Positions 13,330-27,700 of a stretch of DNA of 64,000 nucleotides are shown piece after piece. Below the pieces are notes generated by a model. That model did no database searches, was not told where the DNA came from, and was given only the letters and a program-made list of their open reading frames with translations. The first letter of the stretch is position 1; the number at the start of each line of letters is the position of its first letter. A program made the translations under genes and the position numbers. This DNA comes from Gnetum montanum (taxonomy: Eukaryota; Plantae; Gnetophyta), in NCBI GenBank assembly GCA_015680685.1, contig MNCI01002748.1, forward strand, positions 5,854 to 69,853, read 5' to 3'.

Positions 13330-16300
13330 CACAGATGGCCATCTCCCCCATGATTGAGTTGGAGGAAGGAGATCTAAAAAATAGAACATGGTTGTCCATC
13401 TATTAAGGCAGTATTTACATTGGCCTATCTTGGTTCTAAGAAAGGTTTAACATGTTGCATGTTGACCAACCATTTTTTATTTGGGTTATTAGGTTTCTAG
13501 ATCAACATGGCCCTAGAGGGAAAGGTTTGATCAATTATATAAGGTCCCTTATAATTTTGTCTTTTGGAGTACATGTGTGGGATTCCAGTAAAGAACCTTA
13601 TCTCTTGGTTGAAGTTTTACTTCCTGATTCTAAGGTCATGATGTTGCTCGCTAAATGCCTTATTCACCTCATTGATCAATAGGGCCACTAAGCGATTTTT
13701 GTCTAGCATGTTCAAATTGATCAATCTTTCCTTTTGTGCTAGACTTAGGTCAAGGTTTAGATCATAGGCCGTTGAGAGTGTATGAAGTTCAGATTGAATT
13801 GGGAGCATTAAAATTTTCCTGTACACTAACTCATAGGGAGAATAGCTAATAGGAAACTTCCAAGTTGAATGATAAGTCCAAAGAGCATCGTTAAGCTTTG
13901 TACTCTAATCCTTTCTATATTTGCTAATTATTTGTGTTAGTATTTTTGTAATCTCCTGATTGGTTACCTCTACTTTACCATTGGCTTGGGGGTGGTAAGG
14001 TGTTGTTAATTTATGTTCTACCCCCAAGCATTGCATTGATTTTCTAAATGTGGCACCTATGAAATGAGTTCCATTATCAGAAATTAGTGAACATGGCACC
14101 CCAAACCTATTCATGATATTTTGTTATATAAATTTGGTAGTAATGGATGATGTACAATTAGTAATGGTTGCTTCTACTATCCATTTTGTGTAGTATTCAA
14201 TTAATACTATAATATACACCTTCCCATTAGACATGGGTGTGATGGGACCCATGAAGTAAACACCCCATATGTCGAAAGGTTCTAGTGGTTGAATCCATTG
14301 TTGAGGACCTTCCATGCAAGCAATCATCCCTCCATCATGTTGAAAATGGTCACAAGACTTGATGAACTAGTGGGCATCCCTAAAGATTGTAGGCCAATAG
14401 TATCCTGCCATCAGGATTTTTATGGCCATGCATCTCCTTGCATAGTGGCCTCTACAAGGCCCTTTGTGAGCATCCTAGAGAATGCGTAGTTGATCTTCGT
14501 TAGGAACACACCAATGAATCAAGCCATCAACACATACCTTCTAAAGGTGTCCATTGATTTCCATGAAGTATTTGGCCCAATGAAGAAATTGTTACTTATT
14601 CCTAAAATCCAAGTCTTGTGGCATCTCTTAAGTAAGAAGATATGTGAGGATGTCATTATACCATGTTGCTTCCACAGGCATTTGTTCACTTATTGCTCCT
14701 ATAAAGAGGAGTTCATCTAGAAACTAATTAGAGAGCAAGATTTCCTCCTCTTTGTTATCCCATCTTAGGTAAGAGAGGTGGTCAGCGACCACATTCTTAG
14801 TCCCTTTCCAATCTACCATAGTGAGATCAAATTCTTGCAAGATCGCAAGCCACTGTATGACATGAGGGCTCACCATTGACTTATTCATGAGGAAGCGAAT
14901 TGCACTATGGTTCATATATATAAATACTTTGTAACCTAGCACATAATGTCTAAACTTTTCTAGCACGTACACCATTGTCATTAATTCTTTCTCCATGGTG
15001 ATGTAATTTAATTGTGCTTCCACAATGCTTCAACTCACGCAGTGGATATAATATGAAAATTTTTTATCATTTATCTACTTGAGCATAGCTCCCAAAGTGT
15101 AGTTAGATGCATCTATCATGATATGGAATGGTCTGGATCAGTCTGGTACTTGTAGGATTGGTGTTTCTACAAATTTCTCTTTTAATTGTTGGAATGCATG
15201 TTTACATTCCTTGGTCTAGATGAAAGGTGCATCTCTCCTTATAAGCTCTACCAATGGCTTTGCAATCTTAGAGAAATTCTCAATAAATCACTAGTAGTAG
15301 CTGGAGTGTCCAAGGAATAGTTAGACATTTTAATGGTCTCTGTTTTGTGTGTTATTCCTTGGATGACCTTTATCTTTTCTGGGTCTACCTCAATCCCTTT
15401 CTGCGAAATTTGGTGCCCTAGCACAATGCCTTCTTGGACCATGAGATGGCTCTTTTGCCAGTTGAGCCGTAGGTGTGTCCCTACACTTCTCTTCAATACT
15501 TGCTCAAGTTAGCCTAAGGCTTGCTCAAAGTTAGCTCCATAGGTAGAAAAGTCATCCATGAAGACTTCAACACCACTACCGATTTGTTGTTGAAAGATAC
15601 TAAGAACCAAGTTTTGAAATGTTGCAATGACATTGCATAGGACAAATGGCATCTTACAATATGCAAAAGTCCCCTAGGGACTCATGAATGTTGTCTTGGT
15701 CTAATCTTCGAGTGTAATTTGGATTTGGTTATAGCCACTATAACAGTCCAAAAAGCTATAATAAAAATGCTCAGATATGGCGTCTAATACTTGATCCGTG
15801 AATGGAAAAGGAAAGTGATCCTTAAACATTTCCATATTTAACAGCCTAAAGTCAATGTAGACCCACCATTTTCCATCCTTCTTTAGTACTATTACATGTG
15901 GCTAATCCACTAACTATCCACGATTGGATAGATGAACCTACCTTGAGGAGTTTCTCTATCTCTTCCTTGATGATTTTCTTTAACTTGGGATTCAGCCACC
16001 TCTGCAATCGCCTTCTAGGCTTCATGCTCAGGTCACTGTATATATACTGCTAGCATATCCTTGGATCAATTCCTATTAGCTCTAGATATGGCTAAGCAAA
16101 GGCTGTTGACCATCTATTCATCACTTCTAATAGTTGTTGTTTTTGTTTAGGAGTAAGTTTTCCATTAATGATAACAAGTTTACCATTTTTTAAAAATGCA
16201 TACTCCATACTGGCCAGTAAATTTTTTAGTTCTAAGGGCTCCTACTTGAAGTGATCAAGGATTTCCAACTCTCCCCAACAGGTATTATCATCTTCATCAA

Positions 16301-19300
16301 AGAGTTGGGAATGAAGTTATTTAATTTTGTTCATGCCTTTAACATATGCACAAGTTAAACTCTCAATTAGTTCCATGCATATTGTGTTGCTATCAGAATC
16401 AACTATCAGCCACTGGGCACCCTCTTATTTTGTGGCTACTGCGTATAGACACTTTTGAATGTTGATCTCCTGTGCACATTGATTGCATACTTTAATGTAT
16501 GTGCTCTTGATTAACCAAATATTTTGCATGCAATTACACCTGTTATCACTGTACACGATGCATGGAATACACTTCTTCTCAATTTTTCCCAGCTCATTTT
16601 CCTTAGATATTTCAAGAGATACATCCCTTAAGCCCATTCACGCATTGACCATACTTAACCAAGCCCTTCCCATGATGATGGGAAAGTCACTTTTGCAATT
16701 GTTCACCTTGATTACCAAAAAATTAGTAGGATAGGACCACCCACAAACGGTGGTCACAATGTTCTCTACTAATCCCAAAGGGATAGTAATTGACTGATCT
16801 ACTAATTCTAGACAAATGTTACTCTTCTAAAGAGGTGGTAGGTTCCAAGCCTTATACATGTCATGGGAGATGAGGTTAACTCTAGAACCAGAGTCAAGAA
16901 AAGTTTTGCATGGCTCTTGTCCAACAATCTGTAGGTAGATGAGTGGACTTCTTGGATCATATTTTTTTGTAGGAAGATTACTAGCCTTGATCCAATTAGA
17001 AACAGCATAAGTTAACATTACAGTGCAGATCCTAGGTAGCACTTGGTTTGAAGGGCAATTCAAGATATTTGATGCAAAGGATGAGGGTGATGAAGATGCA
17101 GGATGATCAACCAGAGTAGGTTGTGAGGGCTGGAGACAACTACTAGGCCAAAACAAAGGTCATTTTCTTGATCGATTGTTTAGACCACTTGCTTGAAAAA
17201 TTGGTTATGAGTGTACAGCCCTTATAGCATTTCGTTGTCGTGGCTATGGAGGAATCTCACCCTACACAAACAAAGCAAGAGGTAATTGGATTGAAGGTGG
17301 AGGTGTAGGTGTAAAAGGATGTGGAGGATGATAAGGATATGGATATGGGTTTTTTCCTTGAGTAGAGGGTGAATGTGTTCAATGGTACTCCAAAGGGTAG
17401 TAGTGATGCTGGAATGATGCATGACTTCTAGAACTTCTAGGAAAGATGGGTTACTAAACATAGTACCCGTATGGATCTGGCTACCTATAAGGGTACTGCT
17501 ACCTAGGTGGTGGCATTCCCCATGATTGTGGTTGATACCACGATTGGCATTGGTCATATGGTTATGGAGGAGTTCCACTTGGATAGTAAGTTTGTTATTG
17601 CTGGTGGAACTACTTTGGATTGCCTTGAGGATAAGGCAATCATCTTGGTGCTTGCCTATGTGCCAAATGAGGATTCAATGCATACACCCCCAACTCTTAT
17701 AAGTGTGACACCACAAGGCAACATCCCTTTGGATGTTGATACTGATATATGTCACATTCAGTTTCATCATTAGAGTCAGACTCCACAAATTCTTCTACTA
17801 CAGTAGCTTTTCCCTTACCTCTTTGGTAGGAACGTTCAACTTCTTTTCACCTCCTATGATTATGATCACTATTTTTCTCTTTAGATTCTTTAGCAATCTT
17901 TAAATAGTTTGAAACTTTGCTTCCAAAGAGTTCCATAACTTATCAACGTTGGTCGCAATATCATAAACAAATTTTTGGATGGGCAAGGTCTTTCTGTTCA
18001 CCACTTCATCAAGTGGTGACTCCTCCTTATCACAAAATTAGACCTCTTGTTTTCTAATGGAAGGGTCCCTATTATACTCTTTAGCACTTTCCCTTTTTCG
18101 TAGCTCACCTTCTTCTTTTGCTACCTACTTCTTATACATCCCAAGGGTTCTTCTTGTTTCGACTCTAAGCCCATCTATGGTGTGGCAAAGTTATTTCCTT
18201 TGAGAGTAACCATGGCTAGGGCATCGGTGTAGGAGTGCATAGTATTAGCCCATGGCCGCATCCAAGGGTTCATGTAATCCCTATTTACAGCCTTAGATTT
18301 GCCTTCTTAGATTAGACACTCTAGAGTACATCTGGTATTTGTTGTTGAATAGCTCTAACATGGTACTCCATCTTCCTTAATGAGTGTCCCTAGGAAAAGC
18401 TTGATTTTCTACCACTTATTCTCTATGTTTTGTAAGGCACACGCATCTTGAAAAGCTTGTAGATGTGTCTGTGGATGTGAATTGTATCCCCCCTCAAATC
18501 TCAAGATATTGTTCATGTCTAGGTGCTTGATCCAACTATCCTTCATATGCTTGGTTGAAATTTTAATTGCCTCTACAATGTTAAGCATACTTCAAGTCAC
18601 CAAAAATGGTTCATCATCATCACTGCGTTGATGACACCAATGATGGTTTTGGCCACCCCTTTGATTTTGGTAACCTTCATGATCATTGTTATTTTGTCAA
18701 TCACCATCATCACAATTCTTTCAACAGCAACTTCCATGAGAACCGTTAGATGAAGAGGAATGTTTAGAATTAGATTAAGAGGATAAAGAAGAAGGTGGAC
18801 AACCACTACCACCGTAGCGTCCACCATCACTCTTATGCTTATTACGATCACCATCCTTAGATCCCTTGCTGTTGTGATGTTTACCCAAGTCCCTACCTTG
18901 GCTATCACTCTATCCTGAATCCAATTTATGAATAGTTAATAGCAGGCTCAAGTTCACACCCTTGTAATCAGTAGCAAGGGGTGGAGAATCTTCATGTTGA
19001 GAACCTTCCAAGGGAGGATCCTCGTTATCCTGTTGGTCTAGTAGGAATAAGGGGTTAGTGTAATGTTTTCCCTTTGTAGCTTCATGGAGTTTCTCTTGGT
19101 GTTGATCTCATTTACATTATGTTTCAGTGGAATAGTAGTTTCAAGTGTCGTATCCATTCACAACATATTCTTCATGAAGATCTGCTATGCCCAACTTCTT
19201 AAGGGTCTTGAATAGCATCTTGGGCACAAATCTATCGATGGGTAAGATGACATTGCCCATCATATCATGTCATTGCATCTATTCATCCTGATGTAGGATG

Positions 19301-19404
19301 AAGGTGAAATTCAACACAAACTCATCTAGATGAGTGTATACCACCTTGCATTCTTATGGGACTAGTGGTTTGGTATCTTCGTGCTTGCGAGAAGAACAAG
19401 AAAT
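13330..19404 (-). pseudogene. decayed gag-pol of element A
   Basis: Protease FLDSGSRVNLI (16827-17156); RT VFMDDFSTYG (~15540-15570); RNase H AQLNYITMEKELMTMVYVLEKFRHY (14724-15023); integrase RFGVPCSLISDNGTHF and TPYHPQANGKVE (13905-14114). Ends approximate. Confidence 0.9.
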
Positions 19405-19563
19405 TTTGCAAAACAAAACAAAATGAAATTGTTAATGTGCTTTTATAATTCTATGTATAGTGAGAATGATATTAACCTTTAGGTTTATACAATGATATAA
19501 TGGTATTCACTTAGACCTAAATAGCACACGTTCCACAAACAAAGTCCCTGGTAATGGCACCAA

Positions 19564-20474
19564 TGATGAGTGACGAGGTACCCTTATGCCCAACCGTATG
19601 AATCACAAAGTGTTCATGTACGATCTGATCAAATTCCATGGACTTGATCGTTTCCTATGCACTAGTTCTTTAGGAAGTGAATCTAGCCCTAAGGTCAATC
19701 GTTGTCTTCCCAATTACACTTGTGACATTCATTGGTATTGTTAAGTGTAATTGAGGCATTTGATTTTTATCATTTTTATGTCTTATAGTTTGGTGCTTAA
19801 ATTGTAGATAAGGGATTTGATTAACTAATCTAAATTAACTAATTAACCAATCATTTAACTAATCCTAACATAAGTATCTATTCCCACTTTATGTTTTGAA
19901 CCCACATATCCACTGTTGGGTGACCAAGCGCTATGCTACCGGGTGTACCAAGTAATAATGCTACTAGGATTATCAAGTGAATATCGTGTTACACTCAAAG
20001 CAGTCATACTTATGTGTGTAATCTATCTCACTTAATTATCTCATTAACATAATAACTGGGAAATATTTAATAACTAATTGAAAATATTAAATGCATAAAT
20101 AAAATAGCTAATCTATCCAAAGTGCTACAAGGTTTATAAGAAAGCTTGTCTTTCTTACCACACACACTGTCATGCTCAGGTACAACAATGCTCGAATAAA
20201 GATCCATACACTCAATGACTCCTATTGCGGACACTCAGAGGAAAAATTCTAACTTTTAAATGGAAAACATACAAGAGCTCTATTACAACTACAATCTACT
20301 TATGCCATAAATGTAGCTGCACGTGCGTATTTATAGCTGACCCATGACACTACGTCGATGGGGCCACATCGAAGCATGAGATGATGTGTCAACTAGGCCA
20401 CATCGATGAGGCCCAGATGACGAGGTCGCATCGATGAGGTCTCACTGACACAACCAACAAAATGCGACTCATCA
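19564..20474 (-). repeat. 5' LTR of element A
   Basis: Adjacent to the tRNA-Asp-type PBS. TATAAATA on minus at 20328-20335, and GTCGA/GAGGCC motif repeats at ~20350-20445. Confidence 0.93.
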
Positions 20475-20657
20475 AAGATGTAGGTCATGGCTGGTTGATA
20501 TATTGCACCTAAATTTTTTTAGACCAAAAGGCATCATCATGTAACAAAAGGTTCCCCAAGGGATCATGAAGGATAATAAGTCATGGCCAACTATAGTATT
20601 AATAAGTTGATCAATACTAGGCAAAGGAAACTCATCCTTAATGATTGCTTTGTTGAG
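20475..20657 (-). mobile_element. continuation of the Tat-clade RT (N-terminal part) beyond element A
   Basis: Minus translation LNKAIIKDEFPLPSIDQLINTIVGHDLLSFM / PWGTFCYMMMPFGLK joins the RT at 7203 across the AAGAT TSD. There is an internal deletion between LSFM and PWG. Confidence 0.85.
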
Positions 20658-21149
20658 AAACTTAGTGAGAAACTTAGTTTCAATGTTTTCTCCTCACCAT
20701 TGTGGATTGTAATCGAGAATTCCACTAGAAAATCCTCCATAATGTCTTTGGCCTATTAATCAAGAGTTTTGACTATGTAATTAGCTCATTCTAGGATTTT
20801 TTTTATTTAGGCTACATGATCAAACAAGCTCCTAGGTTTAAGATCTAGACAATCAGGGTCAATTAGTCATTTAACATTACCATATGGTTCATCCAAGCTA
20901 AAAGACAATTCAAATTATTTTCACATCTCCATAGCTTAATCCTGCATGCCAACATTAGCATATTAAATGTTACCTATGTGGTATATTTGTTAAACAAGGC
21001 TAAAATAGGGCAAATAATGTGATAAATAATGCTAATTGGTTATTTGGATTACTATGTGATCAAAACAGGTCATAATTTAATGAAAAATGTTTGAAATGTA
21101 TAAAATAATGTGTTTTAAGATCAAATAAGCTATTTCAAATGTGTTTGGG

Positions 21150-22500
21150 CTAGTGTGGCTGTGTGTGGGTATCATACATTGGGTTGGCAATGTATTTGGT
21201 ACTCTTGGGTAGCATGTGATGACTATAGACTTGATTAAGAACATATTTATCGCAAATAAGCTATCAATTTCACTAGTACATCGTTTTTTTAGGTAGGAAG
21301 CTATGGGACCCACATGTTAGTGTATTTGACCAATCCAAGGAACATGTTGACCATAAACTTAGGCTTGTCAACATGTGTAGGCTAATTTCATTGTCAATTT
21401 CATTTCCACAATGTTTTTAGTACTTAGTATCTTAGATCTGGAGTTGGTGGATCCCACCTATTAGCTTATTCAAGCTGTTTGACAATGTTTTGGGCTATAA
21501 ATGGTAATTTTCATTTCACAAGGCAATGTAGTGGGTTAGTTTCATTTTTAATTTCAATCCCACAACATTTTTGACCTATGGTATTTTAGATCTAGAGTTG
21601 TGGGGCCCAAATGCCAATGTATTAGAGCAATATGGGCAACATTTAAGGCTATTAGAAGTCAATTTCACACCAACATGAAGTGTATAGAGCCAATTTCAAT
21701 TTTTATTCCATGCCCATAGAATGTTTAGGTCAATTTTATTTTTTATTTCATTACCCCAAAACTTTTAGCTTTTAGTATTTTTTGTTTAGGCTTTGTGAGG
21801 CCCACATGGTAGCATATTAAACCAAGATGGGCAGCATACTAGGCTATAAAATTATTTTTTTCAAGAACGAGTAATATGAGAAATCAATTTCATTTCCTAT
21901 TTCTTCCTTGCAATGTGTTTAAGCCTTGGTGTTTTTTGTTGATGGTCTATGGGGCCCACATATCATCATTGTTGAACATATGGGCAACATTTTAGACTAG
22001 AAAAACTTAGTTTCTCACTAAGTGTCAATGTGTAGACTGAATTTCATTCTTAATTTTATTTATCCAACATTTTTAACACTTAGTATCTTGATTTTGGAGT
22101 TGTGGGGACCACCTATTAGCTTGTTTGACCAGTTTGACAACGTTTTAGATTATGGAAGTTAATTCCACACCAAAAGGTAGTGTATGGGGTTAATTTCATA
22201 GTCAATTTCATTCCCATAGCATTTTTGACTATTGATGATATTGAACTATAAAAACCATTTTTTCGAAAGAGAGCAATGTATGAACTCAATTTCAATATCT
22301 ATTTCATTATGACAGCATGTTTAACCCTTGGGTATTTTCCTTCATGGTTTGTGCAGCTCACATACCATCACTATTAGACATATGGCAACGTTTTAAGCTA
22401 GGAAAACTCAGTTTCTAACCAAGTATCAACATTTAAACTTAATTTTAATCTCAATTTCATTTCAATAGCATGTTTGGGGTAGAATTAACACTTTTTTGGA
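21150..22500. repeat. degenerate ~150-bp tandem repeat array
   Basis: A core TG(T/G)GG(A/G)CCCACA(T) motif recurs at ~21305, 21450, 21601, 21797, 21950, 22102 and 22352, each with AATTTCATT...AATTTCA and AGTATCTT/TTTT segments. Spacing is mostly 145-153 nt. Confidence 0.75.
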
Positions 22501-24339
22501 AAAATAGGCATAGGGTGTTTGAGCTAGAGAAAGGAATTTCTCACCAAACCCAACATGTGACATCCATTGTATTCTAAAAGCATATTTGACATATTTCATC
22601 CCAACAATGTATATGGGATAGGCTTGGATCATAAAACCCAATTACAATAGTGTGTTTGAGCAAAATTGATTTTTATAATCACTTATGCTTAGTGTGAAAA
22701 AGAAAAACTTGGGAATTTCAAGCTTTTCTTTTCAATAGTCAAAGGTAGAACATACAAGATTAGGGGACCATGGTAGGCAAGAATGGATCAACAAGCAGGA
22801 ATGCAAGCATGGAGGAGGCAAAGGAGGCTAAGAGGGTTGTTTTATGTTGCTTCCAAACCCATCTACAAGGGAAGGATCTTCATCCATGATTCCTAAGTAC
22901 CACTTTTCCATTATTTGCTCTCATTTTTGGCTTGATTGTGGTAGCATTTTCCAACCTCTAAGTCTATTTCTATGACTATTTTTACATTTTTGACTACATC
23001 CAATCAAGGATGTAGGTTTCTCAATAGTCTTAGGAATAAAATTTGGGGATTTTGGCCTTTTATGGTGTTACTTGGGATTTTTTTCTTAGCCACATTTGTA
23101 TTGTTTTGGCCTATTTTGGTTATTTTCTAGCTTTTATGGTTTTTCTTGGTCACATTGACAACGTTGATGAGGTTTTGCCCACTCATGGTCAACGTTCTTG
23201 ACCTTTAGGAATGGTGAATGTAGTGTAGTAGGATTCTTGGTCATGAATGTAGATTTTTCAAGTTCTTTCTAGGTTTTTTTGGCATCAAATTAGGATTTTT
23301 GTAATCAAAACCTAGAGTTTTTTGTGAAATTTTGCCAAAATTGGTAGCATTTTGGGTTTTTCCCATGCTTCAAACATCATTTTTAATTTTTAGTGGCTAT
23401 ATTGCTACATTTCTAGGTTTTTCATGCTCAAATTCTAGGAATTAGGATTTTTTGTTGAATTTGGGTGAATTTTGGATTTTTCTACACCTATATGTGTAGA
23501 ATTTTTGAAAACTCTAACTTGTTTGACAGTGTTTACTGAATTTATGGGCTATGATTAAATTTTTTGAAAAAATTTAAATTTTTTTCTACCTGTAAGATCA
23601 ACGTTTTGCTAAATTCCATGCCTAAATACAGATTTTTTGGTTTTTCCTAGTCAATCTTGGCAGCATTTTAGTGCCTGGGATGGGTGTTGTGATTTTTTCT
23701 ATAATCCTGTGGTCAACATGTTTGGCATTTGGCTCTGATAGAGCAGTGTTTTTATCCTTCCCTACCTAGGATGTAGCATATTAGGCATTTTGAAATTTTT
23801 GTGGGGAAGAAATGGCAACGTATAGAGTCTTAGGATCAAGAAATCTTAGCATTTTCTACCTCACTCTCCCCTCATTCCCAACATTTTAGACTTTCTTAGC
23901 TCCATAAGCAAGTATTTTTGAGCATCTTAATTTCCCTAGGCCCAGCCTTTTTAATTTTGGTTACATGTTTTCGCATAAATCTTATTTCATGTCAACTGTT
24001 TGTGAAAATGACTATTTATGCTTTACATGTCAACTATTTGACAAATTGCCTATTTGGCTTTTCAAAATGTGAAACTATTTTTTTTATGTTAATTGTTTGA
24101 AAAAATGTCAAACTTACTTTTTTCCTTGGTAAGTGTTTGATAAAATGTCCAATCTAGTTTTATATGTCTAATTAGATGTATAAGGGTTAAATCTTCATTT
24201 GATTGTAGTTCTAATCATGTTTATGAGCATGCCTATTTTTATGTTTGTGATTTTCATGTCAACACTGTCAATCTTAAGATTATTTTTGTTTTACTTTGTT
24301 TGTTTTTTAAAAAATATTTTATGTTCTAATGGCTACATG

Positions 24340-27300
24340 CTACAATTATGTTCATAGCTATGTTGAAACTAATTTTGGTTGTGGTAGAGATGGTAGGCAT
24401 CTTGTGCTATATTGGAATGATTTTCCTAAATACTCTAATGCTTGATTTGACCATTAATGAAAAAAATCATGTGTGGTTTAGGCCTAGTGCGAAGGAGTTT
24501 TTACTATATTGCTACAGCATTATTGTATGATAATATGATCGCACTTGGCTATGGATGTTGTTGTTGTAATCACATAGGCTATTATGGTAGGGTCTTCCAA
24601 TTACATCCTTTACCACATGATCGATGATCCTAAGGCTCGGATGGAAATGAAGCATAATGGAAATTCTTATTCTACATGGATTTGTTAGTTATCATGCATC
24701 TCAAAGATGCCAATTTGTTCATAATGTAATGCCAACAATACTTTGATGCGAGGTCATAGCCCAATCACTTTGTTCTAGAATCCTCCTAGAAATGTCTATA
24801 TGTTGGAAGGCTAATCTTTGGTTTAATTCGATATGTTTACTTTGGTTTTAAGGCTATCTACTTGACTAATTTTATGCTTTGTTTTGTAGTTTTAAGGTGT
24901 AAAGAGGAGAACTAGTGTTGAATGACCAAACTTGTTTAGTTTTTTTTTTTTTTTTTTTTTTATGGCTTAGTTTAAGTTTTATTTGTTGTTTATAGCTTTT
25001 TCTTTAAGATGTGCAGCAACCTACAATCATTGTAACTCATTCTAGTCAAACCAAGAAGAAGATTCTCCTCAAGTGGGGTAAAGTAGATAAGGCACATCAA
25101 TGGCTATCAAACAAGGCTTCTGCAAATGTTCAACAAAGAATAGCTTATATAGGCTTGTTTGATTTGTTTATGTTTCATAGTTAATATATGTCAATAGCTA
25201 AGATGTTGAATGTTATAGATTCATTTAATGAAGGGATTACAAAATTTTGCACTCATGTCCATGGTTTGCCTATAGTTTTAAGCATTGATGAAGAATTGTT
25301 TAATAATCTTTTTGGTGTGCCTTCTAATGAAATTAAGATGGCAACCAAAGTAGGAATAGACATAAGTTCTAAAGAGGATATAGAGGCTTGAATCAAATCA
25401 CCTCTTAGTGCAACATTATCTTTTGATAACTATGATATTGAGGAGGTGAACAAGTTATACCCACTTTTCCACTCTAGAGTTTTTCCTATGTTATTATCAT
25501 AGAAGAAAATCATGGGAGTGCAACAAGCTAGGAAATGAAAAAGGTTAAACAGATGGAACTAGGTTTCATTAGGCCACTTTGTTGGTTACTGGTTTAAGAA
25601 GTGAGATACAAAAACTTTGTAAAAAGCTTGATTCATTGTATCATGTTCAATTTATGTTTTTTTAATGCATATCTTAAAAGGTTTACAAAGTTTTTGGTGA
25701 TAAAACAAGATTGAAAGTGGGTATAACATGACGTTTCCCAACTTTCCAAGCCTTGGGCTAAACATCTTACTTACTCAATCCACACCCAAAATCCACCTAT
25801 GAAGGATGTAGGTGAATCACTGTTTGTTACCACTAAAAACGTTAGTGGTCTACATGGTTTTTTCCCTAACAGCATGGGACTTAAGCCTCATGCTATGCAT
25901 GGCAATGTGGAAAGGGCCAAAAGGTTGCATGTAGAGGTTGATGGTACTACTAAGGAATGAATAAAGAGGCCAAGAGTTGAAGAAGATGTCACAGTTCCCA
26001 ACAAGCATGCACCTAGAAAACTAGAAATTAGGCTCAAAACAACTAATCAAGTTGTTAAAGGTATGTATTTTTGAATTTTTGGTTTTATCATTATTTTTGG
26101 CTATCCATGGGGGATAAAATGTTTATTAATCTATTTGTTATTTGATTATGATTTATTGTGATGAGAATTAGTAGCCAATGCCACTACAAAGAAGGAGCAA
26201 CAACATAAAAAAGAAGAGGAGAGGATGGCTAAGGAAGTACATAATGTCTTAGATTCTATCTTCTTAGATGATTTACATTTAGAAGGCAATCCTCCAATTG
26301 ACATTTCTCATGATCTTCCTAGTAATTTTTGGTGACTTTGAAATGTTTTTATTTTTATCATGTTTTTTTTTTTTAATTTATGTTGTAGACATAGATGATG
26401 TTGATTGTTATGGTTGTTACAAGGAATGAGCCTCCTTCGAAAACATCCACATTTCATTCTAAACATTAGGTGGAGGCACCAAATAAGATAGAGTTCATGA
26501 TAGGAATGATGGATAATATGGTAGATAGGGTACAATAGCTACCTCCTAGTATTGGTAAGAAAAGTCAAAAAAATTATTTAATATTTAAATTTTTATATTT
26601 TTGTATTTTCATGTTTTTATGGTTTTATGATTTATTATGGTTCTTATGGTATTATGACTCTTTTTCTTTTTGTTTTAGTTTTATATATGATAATTTCAAA
26701 GATTATGTGGAATCCCATAGGAAATATTGAATTTGGTGAGCTCCCAATGTTGCCACCTAATTTCAAGAATGTTTCTAGGAGATTATACAAGGGAGCTATG
26801 AAATGTGCTGCCTCATGTGTAGAATCATCTTGGAAGTCTCAATGTTCAAATGAATTCTTGTGGGAATGTGTTGAACTCTAAAAAAGCAAAAAAAGAAGTT
26901 GTTAGATGAAGTCAGGAGCATGAGAGACCAAAAGAAGTTCATAGAGGCCCATGTGGCCAATAAGGACTCCTTGTGAACAAAGGAGATTGAATGGTCTCAC
27001 TACTAGAACACCATCCAAGGAAAGGCTACTAGAGCTAGGAGCAATTTGGAGCAGAATGTACAACTAGAAATGATGGTTCATAAGATGTTAAAGTGGGGTA
27101 AGAAACAAAAGCCTCACATTAAGTAGTACAATATGGAAAAGAAGAATTACATGAAATCTTAGCATGAAGCAGCTATGGCATAGCGTATGCATGAGTTATT
27201 CTTGCAAGGCATTAGTGTGGAGCAGGTTTTCACTAGATCAAGGAGTCAGTAGTCATTATTGATTCTTCCACTCCTCAAATCATAACCACATCTAGGGAGA

Positions 27301-27700
27301 CATCTACAACTACCTTTTCCCATGCTGCTCCTAAGAAGATATATGTGGAGAAGGGGAAGATTCTTGTAGGAGTGGACTTGGGTAACATTGACTAGTTCTA
27401 ACATGAGTGAAGAAAAAATTCTTCATAGGTCAGAGGCTAGTATCTAAAAGATCACTCCTGAAGACATTACTCCTGAACGTTTAGAGGTTTGTAAAATTTT
27501 CTTTGATGTTATATGTTATGGTTTTTTTATTTTTTTATGGCTATGTTGATGTTTTTTATGGTTATTAATGGTTGGATGTTTTATTATTTACATCCCCAGG
27601 TGATTATGGTGATGGTTTTGGTGATGTTCTTCCTTCTCCTTCTCCTCATATGGCTTAGCTAGGTTGCTAATTATGATGATGGACTTGTTATTATTATTTT
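24340..27700 (+). pseudogene. decayed multi-exon, transposon-associated accessory gene (PMD/plant-transposon-protein-like N-terminus, then coiled coil)
   Basis: Coding-like blocks such as KWGKVDKAHQWLSNKASANVQQRIAYIGLF (~25070) and ORF 25188-25391 (VHGLPIVLSIDEELFNNLFGVPSNE) are separated by T-rich GT-AG intron-like spacers (AAG/GTATGT ~26060, TTG/GTAAGA ~26554, GAG/GTTTGT ~27487). Many stops. The family assignment is tentative. Confidence 0.45.

Larger units (their letters stand above)
7204..20474 (-). mobile_element. full-length decayed Athila-type Ty3/Gypsy LTR retrotransposon (element A), inserted into the Tat RT
   Basis: LTRs 7204-8122 and 19564-20474 (TGATGAG...CTCATCA). 5-bp TSD AAGAT at 7199-7203 and 20475-20479. 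Decayed tRNA-Asp PBS TGGTGCCATTACCAGGGA at ~19545-19562. Contains gag-PR-RT-RH-INT remnants and a second ORF. Confidence 0.93.

Noticed and set aside
19545-19562. tRNA-like sequence (also 2134-2145, 41564-41581, 49978-49989)
   Set aside because: These are primer-binding sites complementary to tRNA 3' ends, not tRNA genes.
20661-20667. CTTAGTG (CACTA terminus in reverse) as a CACTA transposon end
   Set aside because: It faces the wrong way for a left terminus of the 20658-27780 segment, and I found no partner TIR or 3-bp TSD.
21150-22500. Regularly spaced motif array considered as CRISPR-like
   Set aside because: Whole ~150-bp units are homologous rather than unique spacers, the repeats are degenerate, there are no cas genes, and the context is eukaryotic.
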